Shown piece by piece: positions 9,590 through 19,982 of a DNA stretch of 64,000 nt. The notes under the pieces were generated by a model that had not been told where the DNA came from, did not search any database, and saw nothing but the letters and a program-made list of their open reading frames with translations. Position 1 is the stretch's first letter, and each line of letters starts with the position of its first letter. Source of the stretch: Pirellulales bacterium. Lineage in GTDB: Bacteria; Planctomycetota; Planctomycetia; Pirellulales; JAICIG01. Made by a program: the position numbers and the translations under genes. Location: positions 1-64,000 of the forward strand of contig JBBDYJ010000032.1 of the NCBI GenBank assembly GCA_040901675.1. The letters are read 5' to 3'.

Positions 9590-9815
9590 AAGAAAGATGC
9601 CTGGGATGGGCGTCGATTGGCGCCCTCGCGCCGGCGTCTCCAACAAAGTATGCGACAAAGTTACGGCCTACGGCGAGCAGGCTGGCATCGAGTCCTTTGA
9701 GAAGACCCGTTTCCAAGGAACAATCGCTACAGACAACAGGTTCGCTGCGAATCCTTGTCACCGAAGACAGCCCCATGGTGGTTGGATTGATGGAGCGGGC
9801 CGGCACAGAGGGCAT
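9590..9815 (+). pseudogene. Frameshifted relic of tandem receiver domains
   Basis: KMPGMG...VTAYGE..AGIESF, then shifted frame LRRPVSKEQSLQ...LRILVTEDSPMVVGLMERAG. Confidence 0.55.
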
Positions 9816-9942
9816 AATCCCCCGCAACGGCAGCGACGGAGGGGAGAGGGCGCGCGGAGTAAAGGCGCTGGTGACAGAGGACAAGAAGGATGCTGGCGGT
9901 GCTCTGGACGCCAAGAGTTCGCCCGCTACGGACGCTCGGGGA

Positions 9943-10722
9943 CTACGCCAACGGCAGTGCGCCGATGGCCTCGCTCATGGCGTTCCACAGGTTCAAACGG
10001 GCGTTCAACGCGGCGAGGGCGGCCTGCTCCGCCTCGTGCCAACGGTCGGGGTCGTCGCCGCAAACCATCGACACCAGTTGACGAACCATCGGGCCATGCT
10101 CCTCGCTGTCCAGCGAGACGTGCCGGTCCAAGTAGTAAAGGAACGGCTGCAGCGCACCGCCCGACATGGAATTGACGCGGTCGACGATACGTCGAAACAA
10201 TGCGGGCAGCAGATCTTCTCGGCCGAACGTGAAGGCCGCCACCACTGCCGGGAAACTATCGCCTTCAATCACCGCAAACGTCTGCTCGACGAACGTCCAC
10301 ACGGCCGGCGGGACGCGCGCCACCGTGAGCGCGGCGGAAACCGTCGCCCCAGTTCGAACCTCCTTCAGGAAACGATCGATCACCGACGTGTCGGCACGGC
10401 ACAACTGCATCGCGCGATAGTACAGGTCGAAGTGACTCGCAAACCGTCCATCCTCGGTTTTATCGGTCTCTTCGGCAAGCACAATCTCGTTGACGAGTCG
10501 GGCAGCTTGCGGATCGCTCGAAGGAACCCAAGGAACATCGACGCAGCAGAGCTTCCGCTGCAGGGTCTTGAGCAGCGACATAAAGTCCCACACCGCGAAA
10601 ACGTGGTGCTCCATGAAAATGCGCAAGCCGGCCAGGTCCTGGATCTGCTCGTAAACGGAGTGTTCGAGCAGTGCTTCTCGGAGAGGCTCCAGCGTCTGCT
10701 GGATTCGGTTCCAAGGATGCAT
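9943..10722 (-). CDS. DUF3050 family protein (heme-oxygenase-like fold)
   Basis: FMEHHVFAVWDFMSLLK, NEIVLAEETD, SHFDLY, TFGREDL, YLDRHVSLD..EHGP; RBS before ATG 10722. Confidence 0.88.
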   Translation of the reverse strand: MHPWNRIQQTLEPLREALLEHSVYEQIQDLAGLRIFMEHHVFAVWDFMSLLKTLQRKLCCVDVPWVPSSDPQAARLVNEIVLAEETDKTEDGRFASHFDLYYRAMQLCRADTSVIDRFLKEVRTGATVSAALTVARVPPAVWTFVEQTFAVIEGDSFPAVVAAFTFGREDLLPALFRRIVDRVNSMSGGALQPFLYYLDRHVSLDSEEHGPMVRQLVSMVCGDDPDRWHEAEQAALAALNARLNLWNAMSEAIGALPLA

Positions 10723-10918
10723 TGTCTGGTGTTCTCCGAAGCGATAGCGTGGCAACTCCATGCATATCCCAGCTACATTGATTCTAAGCTTGACTGTCTG
10801 GCCCGGATGGCGGAATTGCGCGACGAGGATTCCGGCCGCCATGTCGTCCGTGTCGGACGCTACGCGGGCATCAACCTTCTTCCTCAGCAGCGCCAACGCC
10901 TTTTTCAAGGGGTCAAAG

Positions 10919-11308
10919 CTAATCGGCCTTTGCAGATGGGGTTCCTTCCACGGCGGCATGAAGGACGGTGGCGTGGACCGGCTTCAGTATATGGCCATCG
11001 AAGCCTGCTGCTTCGCAGCGTTCCAGCACCTCCCGATTGCCGTAGCCCGTCACGGCGATCATGCGTGCGCCCTCCAACTCTGCCATCGACCGCAAACGCT
11101 TGACGACTTGGAAGCCATTCATGGTGGGCAAGCCAATGTCAACCAGCACTACGTCCGGCTTGAAGGCGGGGGCGTGATCGATAGCCGACTCTCCGGTCAG
11201 ATAGGACTGGACTTCATAGCCCCAGTGCCGAAGGAGCAAGGAAAACATCTCGGACGCATCCTTGTCGTCTTCGAGGATCAGAACGCGCCGCGGATAATCG
11301 CCCGCCAT
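10919..11308 (-). CDS. Single-domain response regulator (REC)
   Basis: LILEDD, DIGLP, AVTGYG, GFDGHILKP; GGAGG RBS. Confidence 0.88.
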   Translation of the reverse strand: MAGDYPRRVLILEDDKDASEMFSLLLRHWGYEVQSYLTGESAIDHAPAFKPDVVLVDIGLPTMNGFQVVKRLRSMAELEGARMIAVTGYGNREVLERCEAAGFDGHILKPVHATVLHAAVEGTPSAKAD

Positions 11309-11695
11309 TGCGGATAGCCTCCCTGCGGGGTGATGTTGTTCCGGCACCGTCATTCTATCCCGTGCAAAAGAGGCGTCAAACCGGCTGAGCATCATCGTCC
11401 GTTTTGCGCACTGCCGCACCCCTGGTCGCCGGAACGAGACCTAAACCACCACTAGGTTACGCGAAGGGCGACCGATTTGGGGGGGACCGGCCGCCTTTCC
11501 CCCGAACGGACTACGCGATGATGCTGTCGATCAGAATCGGCGAACAATACCTTTACGTTTGGCACGCAACATGCGCAAATCCAGTTTAGGGCTGACGGGC
11601 GGTTAACCATCCATGCTAATTGCCGCCCCGGAATCATGGAGATCCTGCGGCCGAACTCTAGCCACGAGCTCAGGGCGCATGAAAAACTGCATGAG

Positions 11696-11723
11696 TTGAC
11701 AAACCTGCCAAGCCGCGTAAACT
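11696..11723 (+). promoter_or_regulatory. Possible sigma70 promoter
   Basis: TTGACA-16 nt-TAAACT upstream of 11807. Confidence 0.45.
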
Positions 11724-11806
11724 TGTTCCCGTATCCCGCCAAAGGCTGGTGGGCTACCGGCTGCGGAACGCCATGAGGGCAACTATCGCTGCGCCGGAAG
11801 CCCCGC

Positions 11807-12160
11807 ATGCATATCAAAAAACGCCTCTTGATCGTTGAAGACCAGCCGGAAGCAGCCGGCGTCTTGGCGATGATGGCCCAGCAGTTCGACTGCCAGACGC
11901 TCGTGGCTGACTGCGGAATGTCGGCCCTGGACATTGCCTCTTGGTGGAATCCCGATGTCGTTACGATTGACTTGGGGCTTCCCGACATTGACGGGCTTAA
12001 GGTTGCGGCCGCCCTGCGTCCCAAGCTGCCGGCAGCCAAGTTGGTTGCGGTAAGCGGCAAGCAGCCGGACCAATCCATGCTTGCTGCGGCCGGTTTTGAT
12101 TGCTACTTGCAGAAGCCGATATGCCTGGACAGGCTGAAAGAGGCGTTAGCCGATTGCTAG
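11807..12160 (+). CDS. Single-domain response regulator (REC)
   Basis: LLIVED, DLGLPDIDG, AVSG, GFDCYLQKP. Confidence 0.88.
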   Translation: MHIKKRLLIVEDQPEAAGVLAMMAQQFDCQTLVADCGMSALDIASWWNPDVVTIDLGLPDIDGLKVAAALRPKLPAAKLVAVSGKQPDQSMLAAAGFDCYLQKPICLDRLKEALADC

Positions 12161-12163
12161 CCT

Positions 12164-12397
12164 ATGCTGGTTACGATTCAGTTCGTCGGCGGCCCATTTG
12201 AGGGCACGGTGACATTTGATCCAGCCGCCGCGTCCGAGGGAATGCCGCAGACTGCCTGGACGTTCTACCAGATGACCGACGGCTGCAAGTTCGGCAAGGC
12301 GGCAATGGCGGGCAACGCTGCAACAATCCACCCGTATCGGGTAATCGAGCGGAAGGAATCAGACGACGGGTTGTTCGTCCGGGCCAAGGCATTCTAG
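12164..12397 (+). CDS. Small hypothetical protein
   Basis: Starts 3 nt after the REC stop; FVGGPFEG N-terminal motif; protein-like composition. Confidence 0.6.
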   Translation: MLVTIQFVGGPFEGTVTFDPAAASEGMPQTAWTFYQMTDGCKFGKAAMAGNAATIHPYRVIERKESDDGLFVRAKAF

Positions 12398-12464
12398 CGG
12401 TTCGACCCTTTGTCACGGCCTCGCCTTGCTCGGCCTTCGTGCATTCCATCCGGGAGCACCCGCC

Positions 12465-13604
12465 ATGTTGACCGATGCCTCGCGAGCAGAAGACTTTCCT
12501 TCGCTTCGCGAGATGACCTACCTGAACACGGCCGCCGAAGGAATCCCGCCACGGGCCGTGGGTGAGGCAGTCGCACAATACTGCCGCGACAAGCAACTCG
12601 GCATGGATGGGCGTGAGAGGCACTTCGCGCAGTGGGAGGCGGCCAAGAAGCTGCTGGCCCAGATGTACGGGCTTACGCCCGGCGATGTGAGCATCTGCTC
12701 CTGCTCGTCGGAGGCCTACAACCTGGCGGCCCTGGCCCTGGGGCTGCGGGAGGGAGACGAAGTGGTGATCAGCGACCTCGATTTCCCCGCCGGCGCCACG
12801 CCGTGGCTCCATGAGAGATGCCCGGCCGAGGTCCGATTATGGCGAGCGCGGGAGGGGGCGTTGCGAGTCGAAGACCTGGCAGCGCTCATTGGGCCGCGAA
12901 CGCGGCTGGTGCAGCTTTCGCTGGTGAGCTTCTTTAACGGCTTCCTGGTCGACTTGCCCGAGGTGCTGGCCGCGGTTCGCCGAAATTCGCCGGGGATGGT
13001 GGCGGTGGACGTGACGCAGGCCTTGGGGCGGATTCCGCTCGATCTGGCCGGCGTGGACCTGATCGTGAGCAGCACGCACAAATGGCTTCTGGCCACGCAC
13101 GGCGGGGGGCTGGTCGGCGTGCCGGCGGCCCGCGCCGCCGAGTTGAGCGTTCCCGCGGGGGGCTGGTTCAACCTGGAGGACGCTTTTGGGCCGCACCGTT
13201 TCGAGCGGGCAGTCGCTCGGCCCGGCGCGGCCGGCTTCACGGTGGGGATGCCGAACTTTCCGGCGGTCTACGCGATTCGGGCCGCCCTGGAATACATCCT
13301 GGGCATCGGCGTGGCGGCGATCGACGAGGCCGCCCGGCCGCTGGTGCTGGGCTGCCTGGAAGAGCTCTCGAAGCTGCCGATCGGGCTATTGACGCCGCGC
13401 GAGCCGGCCCGCCTGGCCGGCATTCTGGCCTTCCGGCATCCCAAGGCGGAGGAAATCCACCGGCGGCTGCACGAGCAAAGCATTCACGTGATGAGCCACG
13501 CCGGCCGGCTGCGCGTGGCCTTGCACGGGTACAACACCCCGGCCGACGTCGAGCGGTTTGTCAGCGCGTTGAAAGACGCGCTGGTCGCCGTCGGGCCAGC
13601 GTGA
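12465..13604 (+). CDS. Class V PLP-dependent aminotransferase (cysteine desulfurase/lyase-like)
   Basis: YLNTAAEG, VDVTQALG, SSTHKWLL PLP lysine, LRVALHGYN. Confidence 0.9.
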   Translation: MLTDASRAEDFPSLREMTYLNTAAEGIPPRAVGEAVAQYCRDKQLGMDGRERHFAQWEAAKKLLAQMYGLTPGDVSICSCSSEAYNLAALALGLREGDEVVISDLDFPAGATPWLHERCPAEVRLWRAREGALRVEDLAALIGPRTRLVQLSLVSFFNGFLVDLPEVLAAVRRNSPGMVAVDVTQALGRIPLDLAGVDLIVSSTHKWLLATHGGGLVGVPAARAAELSVPAGGWFNLEDAFGPHRFERAVARPGAAGFTVGMPNFPAVYAIRAALEYILGIGVAAIDEAARPLVLGCLEELSKLPIGLLTPREPARLAGILAFRHPKAEEIHRRLHEQSIHVMSHAGRLRVALHGYNTPADVERFVSALKDALVAVGPA

Positions 13605-13876
13605 GATTCACTGGGCCTGACCGCCGCCGCTGAAGAATCCGGCCGGAAAAGACCCGACTATCGCGACGGAGATCCTGACCGTTGTCCAGGTTCGCATCGC
13701 TTTCTTGGTCTTTAAATCCCCTTCGCAGGCACCGATTGCTACGGGGCAGCTACTTGAACGGTCGTCTCGGCACGCAGCAAACCGGCCAGCGGGCCGGAGT
13801 CGAACTCGGCGGACAGGCGCACTGGGCCGGTGGGCTGATTGGAGGGCACTCGAACCGAGGCCGAGCAGAAGGTGCC

Positions 13877-15130
13877 TCAAGCGAACCCGGAATACGTCGT
13901 GTTGAGCGTCTGGCCATCCAGCGTCGACAACAGAATTCGGGCGGCGCCATGCTCATCGTATCGGCCTTGATCGTACTGACCGCGATAGCAGGTGTTGATC
14001 ACGAGGCCGTCGGCGGAGAAGAGCCGCGGCTGGACACGCAGATTCCCTCCGCTCTTGCCCGGTGTGCCTGCATCGGCCAACTCGAGCTGAAAATCGAAGC
14101 TGGACAATGGTTCGAGCTCGACCGTCTCCCCCGTGCCGACGTTGTACCACACTTGCTCGCGCGGCCCGACGTAATCCGAGAAGACGAAGTTCCAGTTTGG
14201 CCCGCCGTCCGGGTCCTTGCAGGAAACCATCAACGAACAGACGCGGTATTCGCCGATCGGCACGGTGGCTTCGCCTTCCGCATGGCGCAGGCCGACCGCC
14301 GAGCCGTCGCGGCCCGCCAGCGTGACCGAGACTTCCACGATCCGGCCGCGGTCGCCGGCAATTGGCCGCTTATCAGCCAGGCGGATCGTGCCGGTGCCTT
14401 CCAGCTTTTCCAATGCCAGGCGGCTGGCAAGCTCGTCCGACTTGACGGCATAGCGAACGCCGTCCATGGTCAAGATGGCGGAGTACAAGAACTGCTCGCT
14501 CACCGGATTCCAAGCGCCGTTGTTGTCCAGGTCGACCCACAGGCGATCCTGCGAGTCGGTGAAGAAACCATTGCCGTCGCCATCCATGCGGCGGACAGGC
14601 AAGCGGCGGTCGCCGAGGTGCGCCACTCCTTCCAGATAGCCGGCGGCGGCGTAACTCAGCGTGCGGCCGGAGGCACTCAGCCGGAAGATGGCGGCGCGTG
14701 GCACCGAGGTGGTCACGTCGCCTTTCACAAAATCGGCCGCCAGCGGCAGCCGCCAGATGCGGTTCTGGCCCTCGACTCGCTCCTTGGCTTCGATGCTGCG
14801 GCTGCGGTTGGCATCCACGTACAAGTCGGCTTCGGCCGGCGAGACCTGGTCCAGCACGACCGCCACTGGGACGGAGTTCGGACTGCCATAGCGAATTTGC
14901 GCATAGCGCTGGCGGCTGCCTCGGTAGACGACTTTTTCCCGCAGATCGTCGGGCTTGTTGTCCGACAGGTCGATGGCCCGCAAGGGCGGATGCTCATGTT
15001 CTTGGCCCGGGTCGGGCAGGATGAACCGCCAGGCCTCCTCCGCTGCGCATTCGCTATAGGCCGATGAGGCGAAGGCCGCGATTCCCAGCAACAAGGCCGG
15101 CACGCGGAATCGTTGGACGGTGCTGTTCAT
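13877..15130 (-). CDS. Secreted hypothetical protein
   Basis: Signal peptide, DANRS/DGDGNG/DLDNNG Ca-type loops; 12 nt after the M56 gene. Confidence 0.75.
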   Translation of the reverse strand: MNSTVQRFRVPALLLGIAAFASSAYSECAAEEAWRFILPDPGQEHEHPPLRAIDLSDNKPDDLREKVVYRGSRQRYAQIRYGSPNSVPVAVVLDQVSPAEADLYVDANRSRSIEAKERVEGQNRIWRLPLAADFVKGDVTTSVPRAAIFRLSASGRTLSYAAAGYLEGVAHLGDRRLPVRRMDGDGNGFFTDSQDRLWVDLDNNGAWNPVSEQFLYSAILTMDGVRYAVKSDELASRLALEKLEGTGTIRLADKRPIAGDRGRIVEVSVTLAGRDGSAVGLRHAEGEATVPIGEYRVCSLMVSCKDPDGGPNWNFVFSDYVGPREQVWYNVGTGETVELEPLSSFDFQLELADAGTPGKSGGNLRVQPRLFSADGLVINTCYRGQYDQGRYDEHGAARILLSTLDGQTLNTTYSGFA

Positions 15131-15142
15131 GCCAGGTATGGC

Positions 15143-18100
15143 TCAGAGGTCTTCATGGTCGGCGACCCACAGGAAATACTGCCGCTGGAGCAGCCATTGC
15201 CAGCGACCTTCATTGCGATGGACCAGCGCGGCGACGATCTCGTTGCTCGCCCGCCGCTTGCGGGTTTTCTGCTCGTCCGTGGCTTCGGGCAGTGCATCGA
15301 GGCGTTTTAGGGCGTCTGGCGCATCGAGCATGGCAAGAGCGGCAAAGTAGAAGTCGGGGTAGAACCCGGCACGGATCGCTTCGTCGCCAGGTGGTTCGAG
15401 CACCAGCCGGGCCAGGTCCCGATCATAGCGGGCCAGGCAGGCCGCCAGCACGGGGTCGGACAAGCGCAGCCGCTGCCCTTCGCCGTGGCGGCCGAGCACC
15501 ATGGTCGTGTTACCCGTGGCAATGCCATGCCGCAGCGACAAGGCGCGCCACAAGTATTCGCGCACGAGCGCTGGATCAATCGTCTCCACAACGGGGAGCA
15601 AGGCCACGGCCACGCAATACGAGCGGCACAACATGCCTCCCTCGCCGTCGCCTCGGTTGACGAGGTCGGTCAAGAGTGCAAAACACTCGTCGATCAGCCG
15701 AGCCGCCGTCTCCTTGTCCGTCCCGGCCAACGCCTGGGCCATCATGCCCAGGGCATAGGCGCGCCGTTGAGCGAGGCCGATGGTCGAGGCGATCGATTGG
15801 GCCCGCGTCAAATCGACCGGCGCCATGCGATAGCAGACCCGCACGGCATACTCGTCTCGCTGGCGATCGGTGCGGAGCATCTTCCAGACTCGCTGGGCAT
15901 CGGCGGGCCGGCGCGCCGCCAGCTTGTGGGCGATATTGCCGTGATGCCGGTCGAAGTCAGAATCCTCTCTCGCGCCAGCAGTCAAATCGAGCGCTGTGTC
16001 CAGATCCACAAGCGACAGCGATCCGGCGAAGGCGCGCCGCGCGTGTCCAGGCAGGCCCTCGCCCGGCAATTGCCGCGCGGTCCGCTCGCCTTCTCGCAAG
16101 AGCTGCTCGGCCTCTTCTTGCTCGCCGAGTTCGAGCAGCCGTTCGGCGACGTGGCCTAGAGACAGCAGCCGCCACTCTGGTTCATCGATCCTCCGGGCCT
16201 GCGCCAACGATTCACGCAGAAGCACCAGTTTTCGATCCCGCGCTTGAGGCGGCAGCATATCGGCGGCCTCGCGATAAGCGGTCGACCGGAGATTGGCATC
16301 GGCCAGGGAGTTTACGACCGCCAGCCCTTCCTCCAGGTCGCTGTTCAAGAGGGACTTTGCCGCCAGGTACTTCTGGCGGGCATTCCACCGATGGCTGGGC
16401 GCGTGGTGCTCGGCAAAGAACTCGAGCGACCGCAGGGGATCGAGCTGCGCCATCAATTCAGCAGCCCGCAGGTCGTCACGGTCCACCTTCGTTTCGCCGA
16501 CGCGCAATTCGCGCCGTTCCATCGCGTCGAACCAAGGCCGCCCCAGTTCGGCGATATCATCCGCCGCCGGCAGCGAGGGCAACGTCGCCAGCGCCGGCAA
16601 CGGCGGATCGGTGACGCGGGACACGACCATTTTCACCTCGCCACTTGCCGGGTGCACGTATTCGCCGTGAAATCGGCAACCTGGCGCCGAAACGAAGATG
16701 AAGCCGCCGTGATCGGGCACGTCGCTCAGCCGGAGGCGGCCGTTGGCGTCGGCCGTCGTTCGGACCCGGTTGCCATCGAACCAGGCAATGATCCCCGCCT
16801 CGCCGATAGCCCGGCCGGCCGCGTCGACTACCTTCACGCGAAGCGACTTGAAGTCTGGATTGCGGAGAGTCGACTTCAGGGCCGGCGGCTCCGGCCTGCG
16901 GGCCACCTCGAGATCGGCAAACTCCGTGGTCCCATCCTCGGACGGAGTCAACGACTCGCTTTCGGCAAGCTTCAGATCGCCGTCCATCGCCGCGGCCTTG
17001 TAGTCGCCTTGCTTGACCATCGGCACGGTCATAAACCGTCCATCGTGGTCCGTGACCGGCTGATCCATGACGCTGTAACTAATGATGCCGGGCGTATCGG
17101 AGTTGAACGCCGTAATCCGCACGACGACGCCGGGCACCGGCTGCCCTTGCCGATCGATCACGCGTCCAGCGAGCGGGGCGAGCTCGGGTAGATGCACCCG
17201 CAAGGAATAGGGTTGCTTTACATCAGCCGCGAGTCTCACTGGATCGCAGATCGGTGCTCCGTTCATGTAGGCCCGCAAAACGATTTCCCGACCTGGATGA
17301 ATGGCGGGAAAGACGAAGCGGCCCTGGCTGTCGCTGTAGGTGGCGACCTGCGTGCCGTTCGAGCCGGGGTTCTGCCAAGTCGCGGTGAGGCGGACATCGC
17401 GGAAGGACCGATCATCCTGGCTAGTCAACCGGCCGGTGAATTTCAGTCCCTTTTCAAGCTCGATTGGCGGCAACTCGTGTTCGTCGACGGCGGGGACTTG
17501 AATGCCCAAAGAGCCGGTATCCAAAACGAGCGGCAAATACGAAGGGGGCGCAGTGATTCGCAGCCACAGCTCGCCCGGCAGCAAGTAGAGCCGGAAGCGT
17601 CCTTGCCGGTCGGACTTCGTCTCCGAAAATGGGAAAGCCGACCGCGCAACGATAGCGCCTGCAATCGGCTGGCCGGTCGTCTTGTCGCGCACGATCCCCG
17701 TCAACTTCACAGCTGGCTTGAGTTCAAGGGCCAATTGCGTCGTATCGCCGGGCTTCACTACCACTCCTTCGGGCGCAACGAGGCGGTACGGCAGGTCATC
17801 AGGCTCTTGCGGGATGATGCGCAGCTCGCCTTGCGCGAGCGCGGGCACGTCGAACCGGCCGCCCTCGTCGCTGGTCAGCTCAAGAACGCCATAGCGGCGG
17901 GGCGCGTCACCGGTCGTGTCTACGATCGGCGACGTCGTAAGCTTGAACTTCAGCCCCGCAGCAGCCTGGGGATCGTCGCAGACGATTCGTCCCGTCAAGC
18001 GCCCCACGGCATCCAGGATGATGGACTCGGTGGGCGTGGACTCGCCAAACCATCCAAACGTTTGTTTGCCGAATTCCTGGCTTTCGAGCGAGATCTGAGC

Positions 18101-19954
18101 GACGCTGTCGCGCGGCACACCATCGAGATGGCACGTGCCGTCGTCGCCGGAGATTGCCGCAAACCTGGCCTTGAGCCGCTCCGGAATGTCGATCGAGTGG
18201 CGGCGCCCGTCGCTCGTGGTCTTGACGATGTCGAGCTGGAGACGAATTCCAGCCAGCGGCCCCCCTTCGGGACTGAGCACTTGAAATGGCTCGTCAATGG
18301 ACCGTTCAAGTTTGGCTTCGATTTCTTCATCAGGGAGGAAACGAGAATACTGCCGAGCCAGCAGCAGGCTGCCAGCCTTGTGCACCCAGACACAATATCT
18401 CTCCGGCGCCGGACTGGGGCTCGGCAGCTTGAGACTGAACCGGCCTTGCTCGTCCGTCTTGCCGCTGGCCACTACCCGTTCGCGGCCCGCCATCAGCTCG
18501 CCCGGCCGCCGGTTGATCGACAACCAAACTCCGGCATCGGAGGCGGGCCGGCCATCGGCGTCGAGGATCGTGCCGGCCAACTCCCCCTTGGCCACGGTTT
18601 TTGAGGCAGTCGCGTTGTCTGTGCCGCCTTGTCCGGCTACTGGTTGGCTGGACGGCTTTTCCACATTTGGCTCCGCCCCACCGCTCGCGCGCAGGCCGGG
18701 CAACAGCAAAGCCGCGATGAACAGCACCAGCAGCCAGCCATGGACCGATAACCGGCCTGGCCGATGGACGGAGCGGTCCATGATGCGGCAGAATCGCCTC
18801 GCCAGTTGTTGCGGCCCGGCGGCCATCTGTAGGGCCAGCCGCGGCGCCCGTCCTTGGCCGGCGGCCACGTGCAAAAGCGCGGCGCAGTATGCATCGTCTG
18901 CCGCCAGCTTTTCGGCCAGGATCAGATCGTCGCAGCACTCTTCGCGGACCGTGCGCAGCGCGCGGTTCGTCAACCAAACGAACGGATTGAACCACCACGC
19001 CAGGCAGGTTGCCGCCTGTATTGCGTTGATCCATAAATCGCCTCGCGCATGATGGGCCAGCTCATGGACCAGAGCGATCTCGACCCTTTCCGGGCTCGAT
19101 CGTTGTGCCAGCGCTTGCGGCAGCGCGACCGTGGGCCGCAAGAGGCCGCACGAAAAGGGCGTGCCGTCGCCGGGCACGATGAGCAAGCGAGGCCTGCGCG
19201 CCAGTTTCAACCGCCGGCACAAAGCCAAAAACCTCGAGTACAAGGGGCCGTCGGTCGGGCGCTGCGCTTGCCGCAACACGCGGCGCAGCCGCAGCCATTG
19301 CCATGCGAGCCAAGCGGCCAGCGCGGCACTACCGGTGGCATGCACGAGCATCAGCCAGGATTGCCATGTGAGCCTGGGGGGCGCGAGCCGGACTAGAGCA
19401 GCGCGGTGCGACGAGGCCCTGGTTGTGACGTTGACTGCGGCCGCGGCAATGGCCGGCGGCGTACTAGTGCCCCGAGCGGTGATGTCCCGCGCAGCAGTTC
19501 GACTGCCTGCACCAACGCTGGTCCGCTCGGCGAGTGCTGTTTCAGCGTCGGCCGGCGTGAAAGAGCGGCTTGCCGTGGCCTGCTCAGCCAGCGGCGGTTG
19601 ATATGCAGCCGGATCCCCCGGGCCGGCCATCATCGGACGGCCGTCGACCGGCTGGCCGCTCGCAAGCGTGCTCCTCACATTTCCCAGGACCGAGACAGCT
19701 CGCTCTTGCCTTGCCGCCACCTCGGGACCGACCTGGCTGAACAATCCCGTTGGCAATGCAAGCAATGGCGGCAGTGCGAACTTCAAGAGGGCCAGCACCA
19801 ACAACCCGTGGCGCAGCGGTGACGGCCAGCGCCGTCCGACAGACACGAGGAGCAGAATCACGAGGGCCACGAGGGCCGCCTGCCACGTCGCATGCAGCAC
19901 ATAGGGCCACCACGACTCCGCCCAGGCATTGAAGGTGTGAATGTACTGGCTCAT
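15143..19954 (-). CDS. BlaR1/M56 family metallopeptidase with carboxypeptidase-regulatory-like repeats and helical C-terminus
   Basis: HELAH, WWFNPFVW, REECCDD; repeated GRVID.DG.P..G beta-sandwich units. Confidence 0.92.
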   Translation of the reverse strand: MSQYIHTFNAWAESWWPYVLHATWQAALVALVILLLVSVGRRWPSPLRHGLLVLALLKFALPPLLALPTGLFSQVGPEVAARQERAVSVLGNVRSTLASGQPVDGRPMMAGPGDPAAYQPPLAEQATASRSFTPADAETALAERTSVGAGSRTAARDITARGTSTPPAIAAAAVNVTTRASSHRAALVRLAPPRLTWQSWLMLVHATGSAALAAWLAWQWLRLRRVLRQAQRPTDGPLYSRFLALCRRLKLARRPRLLIVPGDGTPFSCGLLRPTVALPQALAQRSSPERVEIALVHELAHHARGDLWINAIQAATCLAWWFNPFVWLTNRALRTVREECCDDLILAEKLAADDAYCAALLHVAAGQGRAPRLALQMAAGPQQLARRFCRIMDRSVHRPGRLSVHGWLLVLFIAALLLPGLRASGGAEPNVEKPSSQPVAGQGGTDNATASKTVAKGELAGTILDADGRPASDAGVWLSINRRPGELMAGRERVVASGKTDEQGRFSLKLPSPSPAPERYCVWVHKAGSLLLARQYSRFLPDEEIEAKLERSIDEPFQVLSPEGGPLAGIRLQLDIVKTTSDGRRHSIDIPERLKARFAAISGDDGTCHLDGVPRDSVAQISLESQEFGKQTFGWFGESTPTESIILDAVGRLTGRIVCDDPQAAAGLKFKLTTSPIVDTTGDAPRRYGVLELTSDEGGRFDVPALAQGELRIIPQEPDDLPYRLVAPEGVVVKPGDTTQLALELKPAVKLTGIVRDKTTGQPIAGAIVARSAFPFSETKSDRQGRFRLYLLPGELWLRITAPPSYLPLVLDTGSLGIQVPAVDEHELPPIELEKGLKFTGRLTSQDDRSFRDVRLTATWQNPGSNGTQVATYSDSQGRFVFPAIHPGREIVLRAYMNGAPICDPVRLAADVKQPYSLRVHLPELAPLAGRVIDRQGQPVPGVVVRITAFNSDTPGIISYSVMDQPVTDHDGRFMTVPMVKQGDYKAAAMDGDLKLAESESLTPSEDGTTEFADLEVARRPEPPALKSTLRNPDFKSLRVKVVDAAGRAIGEAGIIAWFDGNRVRTTADANGRLRLSDVPDHGGFIFVSAPGCRFHGEYVHPASGEVKMVVSRVTDPPLPALATLPSLPAADDIAELGRPWFDAMERRELRVGETKVDRDDLRAAELMAQLDPLRSLEFFAEHHAPSHRWNARQKYLAAKSLLNSDLEEGLAVVNSLADANLRSTAYREAADMLPPQARDRKLVLLRESLAQARRIDEPEWRLLSLGHVAERLLELGEQEEAEQLLREGERTARQLPGEGLPGHARRAFAGSLSLVDLDTALDLTAGAREDSDFDRHHGNIAHKLAARRPADAQRVWKMLRTDRQRDEYAVRVCYRMAPVDLTRAQSIASTIGLAQRRAYALGMMAQALAGTDKETAARLIDECFALLTDLVNRGDGEGGMLCRSYCVAVALLPVVETIDPALVREYLWRALSLRHGIATGNTTMVLGRHGEGQRLRLSDPVLAACLARYDRDLARLVLEPPGDEAIRAGFYPDFYFAALAMLDAPDALKRLDALPEATDEQKTRKRRASNEIVAALVHRNEGRWQWLLQRQYFLWVADHEDL

Positions 19955-19982
19955 CGAGAGATCTCCATTTGCGGTCGCAGTT

